From sequence record PP496436.1: DNA of 64,000 nt. One strand, 5' to 3'. The notes beneath the pieces were generated by a model. That model was given only the letters and a program-made list of their open reading frames with translations, was not told where the DNA came from and did not search any database. The translations under genes and the position numbers were made by a program. This document shows, one piece after another, positions 28,075 through 38,151 of this stretch; the stretch's first letter is position 1, and every line of letters starts with the position of its first letter.

Positions 28075-28411
28075 GGTGACTCTCCAATTTATCGGTAGCG
28101 GTTTCTTTCTCACTGCGGATGATGTTCAACTGTTCGTTGACCGCGTTGGCAAAGAGTTGGGTAGACGTGGCGGAAGTCTGTAGCCGGGAAATCTGGAACG
28201 CGGCTTGGCCCAGTTGCAGGTCACGTTGCGCGATAGTTCCCGCCTGCTTTTGGTTTTCTTCCTGAAGATGATACACCACGAGAATGCTGGCACCCAGTAG
28301 CGTTGCCAGAACAAGCGTAACCCCGATCATCACCTTGCCCAGCATTGAACCGATAAGGCTCTTGCTGCCGGTAACCACCGCTTCCTCCACGGTATCGATC
28401 ACGTTACTCAT
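27908..28411 (-). CDS. Inner-membrane spanin (Rz-like)
   Basis: N-terminal TM segment followed by coiled coil; position in the lysis cassette. Confidence 0.75.
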   Translation of the reverse strand: MSNVIDTVEEAVVTGSKSLIGSMLGKVMIGVTLVLATLLGASILVVYHLQEENQKQAGTIAQRDLQLGQAAFQISRLQTSATSTQLFANAVNEQLNIIRSEKETATDKLESHRDKKTEEVVRKKPTLVERRINNASNSVLNDLQCATGGRCGSNPPVPSTKAASAKP

Positions 28412-28724
28412 TGGTAGGATCTCTAGTTATGATTACAGATGGGGGAGGGCCATTGTCGAACTTCCCGTTAGGTCCAGTTTCCACATAAAACTTGAAATAG
28501 GCCGCAGCAGAACCTACAGTGGCAGCTAAGATTGCAGCTGCCCCCAGACCATCCATGGACGACGCCTTCATCCAGTTGATAACATCGAATGACAGCTTCA
28601 TCCAGAAGAAGAGGAGCAGGATCGGAAAGATCCGCCATGCGACCATGATGTATTGCACGTGGTCCACGAAAGACCTGAACCACGGATTTAGTTGTTGCGG
28701 ATCAGGTTTCTGTGACGAAGCCAT
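28404..28724 (-). CDS. Putative holin
   Basis: Two TM helices (WRIFPILLLFFW..., GLGAAAILAATVGSAAAYF); lies between the amidase and the spanins. Confidence 0.7.
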   Translation of the reverse strand: MASSQKPDPQQLNPWFRSFVDHVQYIMVAWRIFPILLLFFWMKLSFDVINWMKASSMDGLGAAAILAATVGSAAAYFKFYVETGPNGKFDNGPPPSVIITRDPTNE

Positions 28725-29196
28725 ACGGCACCCCTTGTAGTGACTGCACTAGATCTTGTACGTCAAAGCATGGACTCTCAGTCGGCGGCTGTCCTTCCAC
28801 TGGGGGATGTTCCTTGGCCCCGCGTATCTCCGTGATGGGAATCCTGTACTTGCTGACCAGACTGTCCAGCAGATAACACAGCGACTCTTTCTGCACCGGC
28901 GTGAAGTTGTCCACCCACTCGCCTTTATTGTTCAAGCCCCCGATCAAGCAGATACCCAAGTTGCCCTGAGACTTGTTCGGGGTGTGCATGCCGATCGATC
29001 TGTCGTCCCGACCATTGATCACGTTCCCGTTCGGAAGAATCAGGTAGTGGAAGTCAATGAACAGGCCGGTGTGTGAACACTTGCGCTTCGGGTCTGACTG
29101 GCAGGACTTCATAGTCTGGGAGTTCAGGAATTCAAGCCATGAGAACCCCGTCATCTTTTCAGTCCCGGAGCAATGGATTGTTACCTCTGAGATCAT
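28702..29196 (-). CDS. Amidase_2 / T7-lysozyme-fold protein with divergent active site
   Basis: IHCS, HYLI..NG....GR..SIGMH, GICLIGG, NFTPVQKESL align with T7 gp3.5; TAATG coupling; GGGGAG SD. Confidence 0.85.
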   Translation of the reverse strand: MISEVTIHCSGTEKMTGFSWLEFLNSQTMKSCQSDPKRKCSHTGLFIDFHYLILPNGNVINGRDDRSIGMHTPNKSQGNLGICLIGGLNNKGEWVDNFTPVQKESLCYLLDSLVSKYRIPITEIRGAKEHPPVEGQPPTESPCFDVQDLVQSLQGVPYGFVTET

Positions 29197-29663
29197 TATA
29201 ACTCCCCTTGCAGCAATTGGCGGGTGTTGCCAGTTTTCCCGGTCAAGCCAAGGTTCTTGGTGAAGAAGTCGAACAGGACTTTGCCCGTGACCGCGTGGTT
29301 CTTTGGCATCACTTCGATACCGTTCTCGCGAAGGCACTCGGAGATGAGTTCGAAGCAGTACCACCTGTCCTTGGAGTGAATGTGCAGGAACCACAAGGCG
29401 ATCCCGAGGAAGTCGTACTTACGGCCTCTGTTCCGTAGCAAGAATTCCTTGGCATCCATCTGTGGGAAGTCGAACACCATGATGGTGCGATCCATCTCAT
29501 GCTCCGGGAACGTGTTGATGTCGAGGTGACCCCGAGCCATGTTCGAGTCCCAGACTTCGTCTCCCTGCACAATGGACGCATGCGATACAGGATAGCCTGT
29601 GCCGATACTGACAGCCATCGATGCGATATCGTAGACATAGGCTTGATGAAGAATAACGCGCAT
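29196..29663 (-). CDS. Permuted papain-like (YiiX/NlpC-P60) enzyme
   Basis: VSHASIV ... GRKYDF ... WYCFELI (His before Cys); real start ATG 29663. Confidence 0.75.
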   Translation of the reverse strand: MRVILHQAYVYDIASMAVSIGTGYPVSHASIVQGDEVWDSNMARGHLDINTFPEHEMDRTIMVFDFPQMDAKEFLLRNRGRKYDFLGIALWFLHIHSKDRWYCFELISECLRENGIEVMPKNHAVTGKVLFDFFTKNLGLTGKTGNTRQLLQGEL

Positions 29664-29749
29664 GATCCTAACCTTCCCTATTAAGCGGAGCCACTGGTAC
29701 CTGTATGATGTCGCGGATTGGGGGTAGGCAATCCTTTGCCTGTTCTTGC

Positions 29750-30310
29750 TTACCAGACGATAACGTTCAACTGTTCCCGAGTTTCTGCCACTTTGATCTG
29801 GTTTTCCAGCTGATCCTTCTTGACCAAGGTATCCAGTATAAAGGCTTTGGCATCTTGCCCCACCTTTTGAATCTGGTCCTTGTTGTGCATCCGGTACTGA
29901 CTCACGTTGTCCGAATCGGTGCACCAGAACGGAGTCTGCCAGTTGTCATCTTTACTCAACAGCGAATCCACGACGGATGCTGTAAGGTTGGCCTGATCCG
30001 TAACCTTGGACGGGTACGTGTAAGACTTACCCAGCGCCGTGCTGACAAAGCCACTGGTGATCGCCACGGCACACGCCTTGGCAATGATGTCCAGCTTGTT
30101 CTCTCGCAACGATTCCACGTCGATCATCTCAACGGGGGTAAGAGGTGCTTCGAACTGACCAGAACGGTATGTCCATCCCACTTGAACAGGTGAATCATCG
30201 CGAAGGCGTTGAAGTGTTCGGTTTGCTTCAGGTTTCCAATCGGATATACCATCCCACATCGCAATAGATTCCACGACGCCCTTGTAGATTACTGCGTAGT
30301 TATCACTCAT
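29750..30310 (-). CDS. Tail fibre assembly protein (DUF4376-like)
   Basis: YAVIYKGVVESIAMWDG; ITSGF.S.ALG..YTYPS..DQANL..; directly downstream of the tail fibre. Confidence 0.75.
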   Translation of the reverse strand: MSDNYAVIYKGVVESIAMWDGISDWKPEANRTLQRLRDDSPVQVGWTYRSGQFEAPLTPVEMIDVESLRENKLDIIAKACAVAITSGFVSTALGKSYTYPSKVTDQANLTASVVDSLLSKDDNWQTPFWCTDSDNVSQYRMHNKDQIQKVGQDAKAFILDTLVKKDQLENQIKVAETREQLNVIVW

Positions 30311-30320
30311 TGTATCTCCT

Positions 30321-30342
30321 TAACTGGGCCGAAGCCCAGTTA
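30321..30342 (-). promoter_or_regulatory. C(UUCG)G tetraloop hairpin abutting the RBS of the fibre chaperone
   Basis: TAACTGGGC-TTCG-GCCCAGTTA (9-bp stem) immediately followed by AGGAG. Confidence 0.7.
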
Positions 30343-30362
30343 TCTAACTTGGGTATTAAGGG

Positions 30363-33300
30363 TTACCACTGGAGGAAGATTACGCCTGATTTACCCGCGC
30401 TGCCGTTCCCGCCTTTTGCCGCGCTGACGTTGGTGTAGTTCTGGCGAGTATACGCACCGCCACCGCCACCGCCACCTGCACCGTAACCAATCGAGGCTGA
30501 ACCGTTGCTACCCGGACCGTTGGCCTGACGACCACCACCACCGCCCGTACCCCAAGGAGTACCTGCACCGGCACCGCCCGCACCACCCAGATACAAGCCG
30601 GGGGCGTCTTGTCCGTCGGTAACACCGGGGACAAGGCTGATACCGCCTGCACCGGAAGAAGTACCACCGTACGCCCCCCGTGTGCCGCCGCCCAAAGTAA
30701 GAAGTGTGGTAGATCCGAGTTTGAACGTGGTAGCACTACCGTTACCTCCCAGAGCACCTGCACCCGCCTCACTACCTACCACACCTTGGGCCAAAGCCGG
30801 GCCACCATTACCGCCTGCGCCACCGCCACCGATGGTAATGGTATAGGTGCTTCCCGGTACTACCGTGATCGGAGTAAGAACTGCATACGTACCACAACCA
30901 CCACCCGAACCCCCACCTGCGCCACTGTCTGAGGCGCCACCGCCACCCGCACCACCGCCACCGCCACCGCAACCCGAAAGGTAAACAGTGGTCACACCTG
31001 CTGGACACAACCAAGAGCCGCTAGCAGTAAACGTCTGAACGCCGGTGAATTGTCCGATCATGTCTTGCGGAGCAACAATCGAACCTCGGTCAACGATCCA
31101 GTAGGAGGTGCCACTTGTTGCCAGCTCCAATGTCTCCAGTGGTTGCATGGTGATCTGCTGCACCGAACCAGAGTCACTGATGGTTGCACCGGACGGAGCT
31201 ACAATAGTCTGAACCGTGGAAGTCGGGTTGCGGAACACGAAGGTTGCACCCGGAAGCAACGTGGTAGGATCTGGGAGCGTTACTGTGATTCCACTACCCG
31301 CCAGGTTCAACCAGTAGCCGGAATGCGAGACGTCCAACGTGATGCTGGCGGATACCCCGACACCGACACCTTTGAACTTACGCGACTGCGAGAAGTTCAA
31401 GTTCTGTGCATAGGCCGTGTTAGCCAGACGAGTGCTGTTGTCCGTGGTAGGTGGTGTAGGTGCGGTCGGAGTTCCGATTAATGAAGGCGAGTCAGTGGCT
31501 ACCGCCTCGTTCCACGCAGTCCAGTTTCCACCTGCCTGACTCCGCCAGAACATCCTGTTGTTGGAGTTAAGAGCAGTAGCAATCTGTAGGCAACCCCCAC
31601 CGTTGTAGGGGACCACGATGACTGAGAAGTTAGACGAGATCGGAATGTTGGCCGTGGTAGACTGAGCGCGGTACAAGCCACCCAATACAGCCTGGTTCAT
31701 GTCGTTGCCGGTGACGATGTTGCTGACCAGCGTGCCCAGGCCCCATGATGCCAACTGGTTCTGAACGAACGCGGTGTTGGCGATGGTCAGGTCGGTATCA
31801 CCCAGCGCAGCTGTAGGGGCCTGCGGGTCACCAGTGAATACCGGAGAGTCAGTAGCTGCCAGTTCTCTCCATGGGAACCATGCACCATCATGCTTGACCC
31901 GCGTGAAGGTACGGTTGCGGCCCGACGGGAAGATCGAGCTGGCGTACTGCGTTACTCGAAACGCCCCAGGTACACCAATGGTGATCAGGGTGAAGGCTAC
32001 TGCTGTCGTACCCGCAACACCCAAGAGTGGACGGTTGTAGGTGGTCGAGTTGGTTTCCGTACCTTCGGCCTTAACGAAGGAGTTCAACGGGGCGTCGTTG
32101 AAGTTCAGAGTGTCGCCGCTGATCGCGGAACCACCCAACCCAGATGCACCCATCAAACCTTGCACGAAAGCGGTGTTGGCAATACTCAGGTCGTTGTCTG
32201 CCAACGATGCTGTAGGAGCCTTTGGATCGCCAGTGAACGTCGGCGAATCCAGGCTTGCAATTTCACGCCATTGCGACCATTGAGTAACGCTGTTTACCTG
32301 CCCGTTGGACACCCGCTGGAACATGCGGTTGTTAGCCTGCGGCATGAAAATCTGCTGGGTGTAATACAGAGCGTTAGTGGCAACAATCACAACGCCGGAC
32401 AGATAGTTCACGCCGTTGATCGTGATAGTCGAACTAACCTGATACGTACCACCCTCGGTTAGCGTACCAACGTCGGCAACAGTATCGTCCATGTCTGACG
32501 TACCAATACCGTACCGCGCCAAGACATTTCGGACGAAGTTCGTGGTAGCAACCGAGGTATCGTTATCCGTGGTTACCGGCGTCGGAGCCTTAGGATCCCC
32601 AGTGAAGACCGGGGAGTCCAGCGCTGCGAACTCTTTCCACCCACCCCACGAATTCGACGCACGAACACGCCAGAAGATGCGGGTAGGGTTCAACGGTGAT
32701 GCCCAGATCTGCAACGCGGCGCTGCCATCCCCAAACGGGGTATGGATCATCAGGCCGTTAGACGCAATCGGAACACCGGTGGCCGTGGTAGAGGAGTTGT
32801 AGTAGAAACCACCTGCACCCACGGCGTTAAGGTCTGTGACGTTCGCAGCATTCGGCGTACCGATACCGAACAGGGCCATTGCTGCTCTTACGAACGCAGT
32901 GTTTGCCACCGAGGTATCTATGTCACCTGCCGCTGCCGTCGGGGCCTTGGGGTCGCCCGTGAACGTTGGCGAGTCAATTGTCGCTCTCAGAGCAATGGCG
33001 TTGTTGACCGTGGTCGCGAAGTTGGGATCGTCTCCCAGCGCCGCAGCCAGTTCGTTCAAGGTGTCCAGCGCGCCCGGCGAAGAGTCGATCAGCGCAGCAA
33101 TCGCTAGCTTCACGAAGGCCGTAGTAGCAACTGAGGTGTCGTTGTCTGTCAACGGCGGCGTCGGAGCCTTTGGATCGCCAGTGAACGTTGGACTGTTGAT
33201 CGGAGCGTAGGCCGTCAGGTCAACTCGGGAACCGCCCACAATCTGGAAGCGGGAGCCGTCGTAGAAGACGTCGTGTACTTTACCAACCGACAGTTCACCA

Positions 33301-34403
33301 CCTGTGAGGGCGTCCGTACCATTGACCGAGATTGCCTTGGCACCCAATCCGTTCAGGTTCAGGGTGGCTGCGCCCGTGTTGGCCGTGGCGACCGTGAACT
33401 GGAAGCGTTGACCCGCTGCATAGCTGGTGAACGCTTGACCAAATGCGCCTGCTGTCGGAATGCTGTAGGTAAGTACGTTGGCACTCGGTTGAGTGACTTG
33501 ACCGAGGAAAGTAAGGCCTGCACCGCGTTGAGCCGCAGTCTTGACGAAGCCCGCGTGAGTGGCATCGTCTACCACACGCCAGCCAGTCGTGGCGTTGACG
33601 TACTGATAGCCTCGCACCCCATTGATCGATTGGATGTAGTCAGATCCAGTCACAATGCCTTCGAACGCTTGGCCCGCTGCCGCTGTGATCTTGATCGGAT
33701 ACAGGTTGGAGTTGGCCGAGTAGTCGCCAACAAACACCAGGTCACCAACCCGGCCTTGTGGCAGGGCTACCGAAGGTGCGGCAATACTGTTGGTGTTGTT
33801 GACCCACAACATCTCGCCGTTGTTGACGGGCAAGGCCGTGGCTATAGCTACCGCGACCCGGCTGTTACCGAAGCCGCCGACACCCATCTGACCTACAGCC
33901 AGTTGAACGTCCCACGATGCACCGTTCCAGATGAACCGGTAGTCTGCGTAGGGGGTTGCCATTACGAAGTTCGGCAGACCGCCGACAGCGACGCCGTTAC
34001 CCGAGATGGTCACCGGATACGTACCGATGGTGCCCCCGGTTACCTGCACACGGACCGCGTCGCCGACGACCAGAGCAGTACGCTTGGTGGCATCAGACTG
34101 GTTAGGAATCTGCTTGTCAGTAGGTAGCAGCATGGTTACAGGGTTGAGCAAAGCCTGATGCTGGTACATGCCGTTGGCGAACAACAGGGTGTTGTTGTCC
34201 GAGCCGTTGGTCTGAAGCAGTGTCAGATAGGCACCCATGGCTTGCTGCAACATCTCGGTGCTTTGGTACAAGCTATACAGCGGCCTGTTCAGCACACCTT
34301 CCGTGGGTACGGGCGGTTCTTGAATCGAACCGTCAGCATGCTCGCCGTCTTTAAACCAGCCGACCAGTGCCTTTGGAATGAATTTGAGTAAGTTATTAGC
34401 CAT
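30363..34403 (-). CDS. Long tail fibre
   Basis: Six xSPxFTGDPKAPT...AxTAFV fibre repeats, knob-like inserts and a Gly-rich C-terminus. Confidence 0.9.
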   Translation of the reverse strand: MANNLLKFIPKALVGWFKDGEHADGSIQEPPVPTEGVLNRPLYSLYQSTEMLQQAMGAYLTLLQTNGSDNNTLLFANGMYQHQALLNPVTMLLPTDKQIPNQSDATKRTALVVGDAVRVQVTGGTIGTYPVTISGNGVAVGGLPNFVMATPYADYRFIWNGASWDVQLAVGQMGVGGFGNSRVAVAIATALPVNNGEMLWVNNTNSIAAPSVALPQGRVGDLVFVGDYSANSNLYPIKITAAAGQAFEGIVTGSDYIQSINGVRGYQYVNATTGWRVVDDATHAGFVKTAAQRGAGLTFLGQVTQPSANVLTYSIPTAGAFGQAFTSYAAGQRFQFTVATANTGAATLNLNGLGAKAISVNGTDALTGGELSVGKVHDVFYDGSRFQIVGGSRVDLTAYAPINSPTFTGDPKAPTPPLTDNDTSVATTAFVKLAIAALIDSSPGALDTLNELAAALGDDPNFATTVNNAIALRATIDSPTFTGDPKAPTAAAGDIDTSVANTAFVRAAMALFGIGTPNAANVTDLNAVGAGGFYYNSSTTATGVPIASNGLMIHTPFGDGSAALQIWASPLNPTRIFWRVRASNSWGGWKEFAALDSPVFTGDPKAPTPVTTDNDTSVATTNFVRNVLARYGIGTSDMDDTVADVGTLTEGGTYQVSSTITINGVNYLSGVVIVATNALYYTQQIFMPQANNRMFQRVSNGQVNSVTQWSQWREIASLDSPTFTGDPKAPTASLADNDLSIANTAFVQGLMGASGLGGSAISGDTLNFNDAPLNSFVKAEGTETNSTTYNRPLLGVAGTTAVAFTLITIGVPGAFRVTQYASSIFPSGRNRTFTRVKHDGAWFPWRELAATDSPVFTGDPQAPTAALGDTDLTIANTAFVQNQLASWGLGTLVSNIVTGNDMNQAVLGGLYRAQSTTANIPISSNFSVIVVPYNGGGCLQIATALNSNNRMFWRSQAGGNWTAWNEAVATDSPSLIGTPTAPTPPTTDNSTRLANTAYAQNLNFSQSRKFKGVGVGVSASITLDVSHSGYWLNLAGSGITVTLPDPTTLLPGATFVFRNPTSTVQTIVAPSGATISDSGSVQQITMQPLETLELATSGTSYWIVDRGSIVAPQDMIGQFTGVQTFTASGSWLCPAGVTTVYLSGCGGGGGGAGGGGASDSGAGGGSGGGCGTYAVLTPITVVPGSTYTITIGGGGAGGNGGPALAQGVVGSEAGAGALGGNGSATTFKLGSTTLLTLGGGTRGAYGGTSSGAGGISLVPGVTDGQDAPGLYLGGAGGAGAGTPWGTGGGGGRQANGPGSNGSASIGYGAGGGGGGGAYTRQNYTNVSAAKGGNGSAGKSGVIFLQW

Positions 34404-34473
34404 TTAAAGAATCCCTGAATCAGTGGTGGCTGTACATCTGAGGAGCCTAGGCCTTAGGCGAATATGATTGGGA

Positions 34474-35070
34474 TCAAGCAAACACAATCGTCCACCTTAG
34501 GACTAACTTGCGCTGGTTGGTCTTGACCAGTGCGGGGAACGTCTCGCGGCAAAACAGGTTGCCGTTGGTGCAAAACATCCCTGCTTCGGTATACGCCAGA
34601 CCAGCCGACGGCGTGGTGGGGTTGTTACCTTCGGACTTGTCAATGACCAGCGTGTACTGAACCTGGGTCTCGCTGCCGGTCGGCTGATACGTGTAGTCTT
34701 TCGGATCGACCGACGTGTTGAAGAGCTTGCTGAACACCGTGGAAGATACGTCTAGCAAGCCGGTGTCTGTTTCTTTCGGCGCAACCGGGGTCATAATGTC
34801 GCCGGTGGTCAGGTTGTGACCTTTGGTGCCGAACTTGAACGACGCGATGGAGTAAGCTGCGTCTGCTGACGCCAGCAAGTGAGCCAACGCCTTGGCACCG
34901 AGCGTTACCACGAGGTTGGGTTTGAAGTGCACCAGTCGAGTGATACCGTCTTCCTCGATGTATGCTTCCACCTGACCACGGCACTTGATGCCTTCAGCCT
35001 TGTCCATGCCAATACCCGACTCCATTGCAGCAATGGCCTTGATGGCTTCTACGGTTTGATGCGTGCTCAT
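34474..35070 (-). CDS. Baseplate/tail-fibre-associated protein
   Basis: NLVVTLG..ALAHLL..YTEAGMF..LF.RETFP..KT pattern; position in the baseplate cluster. Confidence 0.65.
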   Translation of the reverse strand: MSTHQTVEAIKAIAAMESGIGMDKAEGIKCRGQVEAYIEEDGITRLVHFKPNLVVTLGAKALAHLLASADAAYSIASFKFGTKGHNLTTGDIMTPVAPKETDTGLLDVSSTVFSKLFNTSVDPKDYTYQPTGSETQVQYTLVIDKSEGNNPTTPSAGLAYTEAGMFCTNGNLFCRETFPALVKTNQRKLVLRWTIVFA

Positions 35071-36263
35071 GCGGTCTCCTCAGCTGGGGCATAGTCTACC
35101 CATTCAGCGTCAATATAATCGTGTGCGTAGATGTTGGAACCACCGATCCACTTGCCTTGGGTTGCCGGGGTTGCTCTCACTACATCGGGATTGTTGATGT
35201 AGAACCCACCGATGACCGGCATGCCTCGCCCATTACGGCTTGGCTCGCTGATATTGGTGACGATCTCACCTGCGTCGAATTCTAGCACTGACAGCGAAGA
35301 CGAAGGAATCGCCGGTTGCGTTATCAATACCTCAATGTCGAAATCTAGAGTAAGCTCTAGGGCCTTGATGCGGGGTTCAACCACGTCATGGTAGCTTTCG
35401 ATTGAATTAGCATCGAGGTACTTTTTGACGATATCCCGGAAGTCCGCACCGTAGAAGTCCATCTCGTACTTATCGTACCAGCCATCCAAGGCGTTGATAG
35501 GTTTGTTCCTATGATGGCCTCCGATAATCGGGTAGGGATACGGCAGCGGTGCACCCTGACCGATGAAGAAGCCACCGATGTCGAATGGCGGGTACGGATA
35601 GTCTCGCAGCTTACCGACACGGAACGGCTGGCGGATGTCTTCGTTGATTTGCTCCTCGATGTCTTCCGTGAAAGGAACAATGTCTTTGATGTTGACGCCC
35701 AGTTTGAAGCCGATGATGTTGGAGCAGACCCACATGAACTCTCGGGCCAGCACCAGCAACTGTGCCTCGGTCAGCAGGTCAGGAGTGGAGGTAGGGGAAG
35801 CCTCAAGTCCGATTATGATCTCGCAGTTGTTCAACCCCACCAGCTCCGGGTCATCTGCCCACGCCACGCCGTTGGCGGTTTGAAGTTCAATCTCCCGCTG
35901 AACCCGTGTACCTTCGTAGATGGTTGCACCAATGCCCAGTAAGCGAAGGATGAACACCAGTCCACGTGACGTACCTTTCAACCGGTAGATCATACGAGTG
36001 ACGCCGACCAACGATCGGTCTTCAATGACAGCCCCGGCGGCACTCAGGATGCGCTTGATCTCATCCGCACCGAACTCGTCTGCGCCGATGCCCGGATCAT
36101 AAGCATCACCTTGAATGTTGAACCGGTCTACCATCTCCTCCACGTTCGCATAGTGGTTGGTCAGCGAGATGAAGTCCATGATCGCTGCCACTTTCTGGAA
36201 CACAGGGTGATTACGTTGTTGCTCTGGAACCAGCTGAATGCTTGGTAGGATCTCCATAGCCAT
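35067..36263 (-). CDS. Baseplate wedge protein
   Basis: IYRLKGTSRGLVFILRLLG (KGT motif of P2 gpI-like proteins). Confidence 0.65.
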   Translation of the reverse strand: MAMEILPSIQLVPEQQRNHPVFQKVAAIMDFISLTNHYANVEEMVDRFNIQGDAYDPGIGADEFGADEIKRILSAAGAVIEDRSLVGVTRMIYRLKGTSRGLVFILRLLGIGATIYEGTRVQREIELQTANGVAWADDPELVGLNNCEIIIGLEASPTSTPDLLTEAQLLVLAREFMWVCSNIIGFKLGVNIKDIVPFTEDIEEQINEDIRQPFRVGKLRDYPYPPFDIGGFFIGQGAPLPYPYPIIGGHHRNKPINALDGWYDKYEMDFYGADFRDIVKKYLDANSIESYHDVVEPRIKALELTLDFDIEVLITQPAIPSSSLSVLEFDAGEIVTNISEPSRNGRGMPVIGGFYINNPDVVRATPATQGKWIGGSNIYAHDYIDAEWVDYAPAEETA

Positions 36264-36266
36264 GGT

Positions 36267-37751
36267 TTAATCCTCTGTAACGACGGTGTAACCCGTTGAG
36301 AGATCACCGTCATCAGGCCCAAAGTTAGCCAATTGGGTTTCGTCCGTGGTGAAGGAAACGTTCAACTCTCCGGGAATGAAGTACTGGTAGAAGCGCAACT
36401 TCTTATCCTTGATCGGGGTCTTGACATACACCCGAGTAACCTTGTCCAGTTTCTGCCCAATACCGCCGGTGAAGAACGTCCCACCCAGCTTGTAGCATTG
36501 GGCCAGACGTTGCTTGGCGATAGCAGCTTCCAGAGCCGTGGTGTCGGCCGTCTTATCGATGACCAGTACCAGCTCAAGGTCAACTCGTACCGCAACCGAA
36601 TCGATCCACACAATGCCTTCAGCACTGATTTTGAACTTGGCCAGATAGTCCAGCAAGGCCAGCTCTTCAAGCGGGGACAGGGAATGGGTATCGTCGAACA
36701 GGTAGGCGATGGCGCACCGGCAGCAACCTTCCTGCTTGCCGTCGTCCCACGTACCCCCAGCAACTTCACAGGCTTCCTTGCTCCACTTGTCATCGAGGTT
36801 GCATTCACCCCGGTGGAACTTGGCATCGATCATACCTGGGTACGACTTCACCAGAGCTTCGTGGTCGCTCGGGGTCACCATACGCCTTTGAGTTGAGTGG
36901 TACGCCGGGGCCAGTGTAGCGATCTTTTCCAGTGTGTCAGCGGGGTAAAACGGGGTGGACGTCTCGATGGCTTGCGGCGTCATAAAGGCTGAATCCAACG
37001 ACACCTTGGGCAGCGTCAGGTTGAAGCTTGCCAGCACACGGGTATCTACCACCCGCAAATAGGACAATGACACCTTACCGTTGAATGGCAACCGGTAGCC
37101 GATGGCCCCGTCACCTGATTTCAAGGCCAGCGCGTCGGGAAGGGTAGCTACAGGCAACGCACCTTCGTACATGTCGTCGGTGAACTTGCTGGTCGGAACC
37201 ACCTGATCCTCAACCGTTACCTGAACGAAATTGTTGTCCACGGTCATGATGTCTTCGACAGGAATCACGAACGTGTAGAAGTCTGTGTCGGAGTCCACGA
37301 ACGTTTCAATGGTCTCCCACGTGCCCAGTAGCAAGGTAAGTTTGTGCGTACCGACTGCAAGATACTGGGACTCTCGCAAGGAAAGCGGTTGGCTGTCAAC
37401 GTAGCCGAACGGCACTTCTCGCAGGAAGTAATTCGCTTTGGTAACCTGAACTGTGACGTCGATGGTCATGGCCGTACACCTGTTGACCGGGTAGTCAAGG
37501 TGATACGCGATGTTCAGGATCGTGCTCTGAAGTTTTGCGGTGACCAGCGAGCGTTCCCGTAGCAGGGACATACTGTGGAAACGCAAAAATGTCCCCAGAC
37601 CAGCAGCCAATTCCTTGACAACCGTACCTGTGGACATGCTGAAATAGTCTTTCCACTTCGCTGCGTCGTCTTGGCCGTCTAGAAATGTATTCAGGTCGTC
37701 CAAGATCGTAGCTTGGGAGATGCGGCTAGGATCAATGATGGTAGTGCCCAT
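36267..37751 (-). CDS. Baseplate wedge protein (T4 gp6 / P2 gpJ-like)
   Basis: TAKLQSTILNIAYHLDYPV, GDGAIG, QRRMVTPSDHEAL; GAGGA SD. Confidence 0.8.
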   Translation of the reverse strand: MGTTIIDPSRISQATILDDLNTFLDGQDDAAKWKDYFSMSTGTVVKELAAGLGTFLRFHSMSLLRERSLVTAKLQSTILNIAYHLDYPVNRCTAMTIDVTVQVTKANYFLREVPFGYVDSQPLSLRESQYLAVGTHKLTLLLGTWETIETFVDSDTDFYTFVIPVEDIMTVDNNFVQVTVEDQVVPTSKFTDDMYEGALPVATLPDALALKSGDGAIGYRLPFNGKVSLSYLRVVDTRVLASFNLTLPKVSLDSAFMTPQAIETSTPFYPADTLEKIATLAPAYHSTQRRMVTPSDHEALVKSYPGMIDAKFHRGECNLDDKWSKEACEVAGGTWDDGKQEGCCRCAIAYLFDDTHSLSPLEELALLDYLAKFKISAEGIVWIDSVAVRVDLELVLVIDKTADTTALEAAIAKQRLAQCYKLGGTFFTGGIGQKLDKVTRVYVKTPIKDKKLRFYQYFIPGELNVSFTTDETQLANFGPDDGDLSTGYTVVTED

Positions 37752-37767
37752 ACGTTCCTCGATTCGG

Positions 37768-38151
37768 TTAGGAGGCTGGGCGTTTAAGATCGCCGCCAAC
37801 GGAATAGTTACCGTCTAAGCCTTGGATGTAGAAGTTCAGCTGGACGTAATACATCTGGGCGTCCATGTAGGGGATAACCGAGGACGACTTCATGTCCAAT
37901 CGAAGGCGGGGTTCATACTTCTGAATGCCCCCGATGAAGTGAGCCATGATCATCGAGGCCGTATCGGAGTTGATGGGCTCGAATAATAGGTCTCGAAGAT
38001 CGGGATCGATGTCAGGCCGAAACAATCGCTGCTTCTGCCCGGTGTTCATCAAATTGTCCAGCGCCTGATAAACCGCTGACTCATTGAACTGGAGCGGAAG
38101 CCCAGACAATGGATCGTTGCTCAAGTCGCTGTAGAGTACCGTGATCGCCAT
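37768..38151 (-). CDS. Baseplate wedge gp25-like protein
   Basis: AVYQALDNLMNT..QRLFRPD..LLFEP..IQKYEPR. Confidence 0.85.
   Translation of the reverse strand: MAITVLYSDLSNDPLSGLPLQFNESAVYQALDNLMNTGQKQRLFRPDIDPDLRDLLFEPINSDTASMIMAHFIGGIQKYEPRLRLDMKSSSVIPYMDAQMYYVQLNFYIQGLDGNYSVGGDLKRPAS

Noticed and set aside
30363-34403. Diversity-generating retroelement or invertible fibre segment
   Set aside because: No reverse transcriptase, template repeat or invertase is recognisable in the window.
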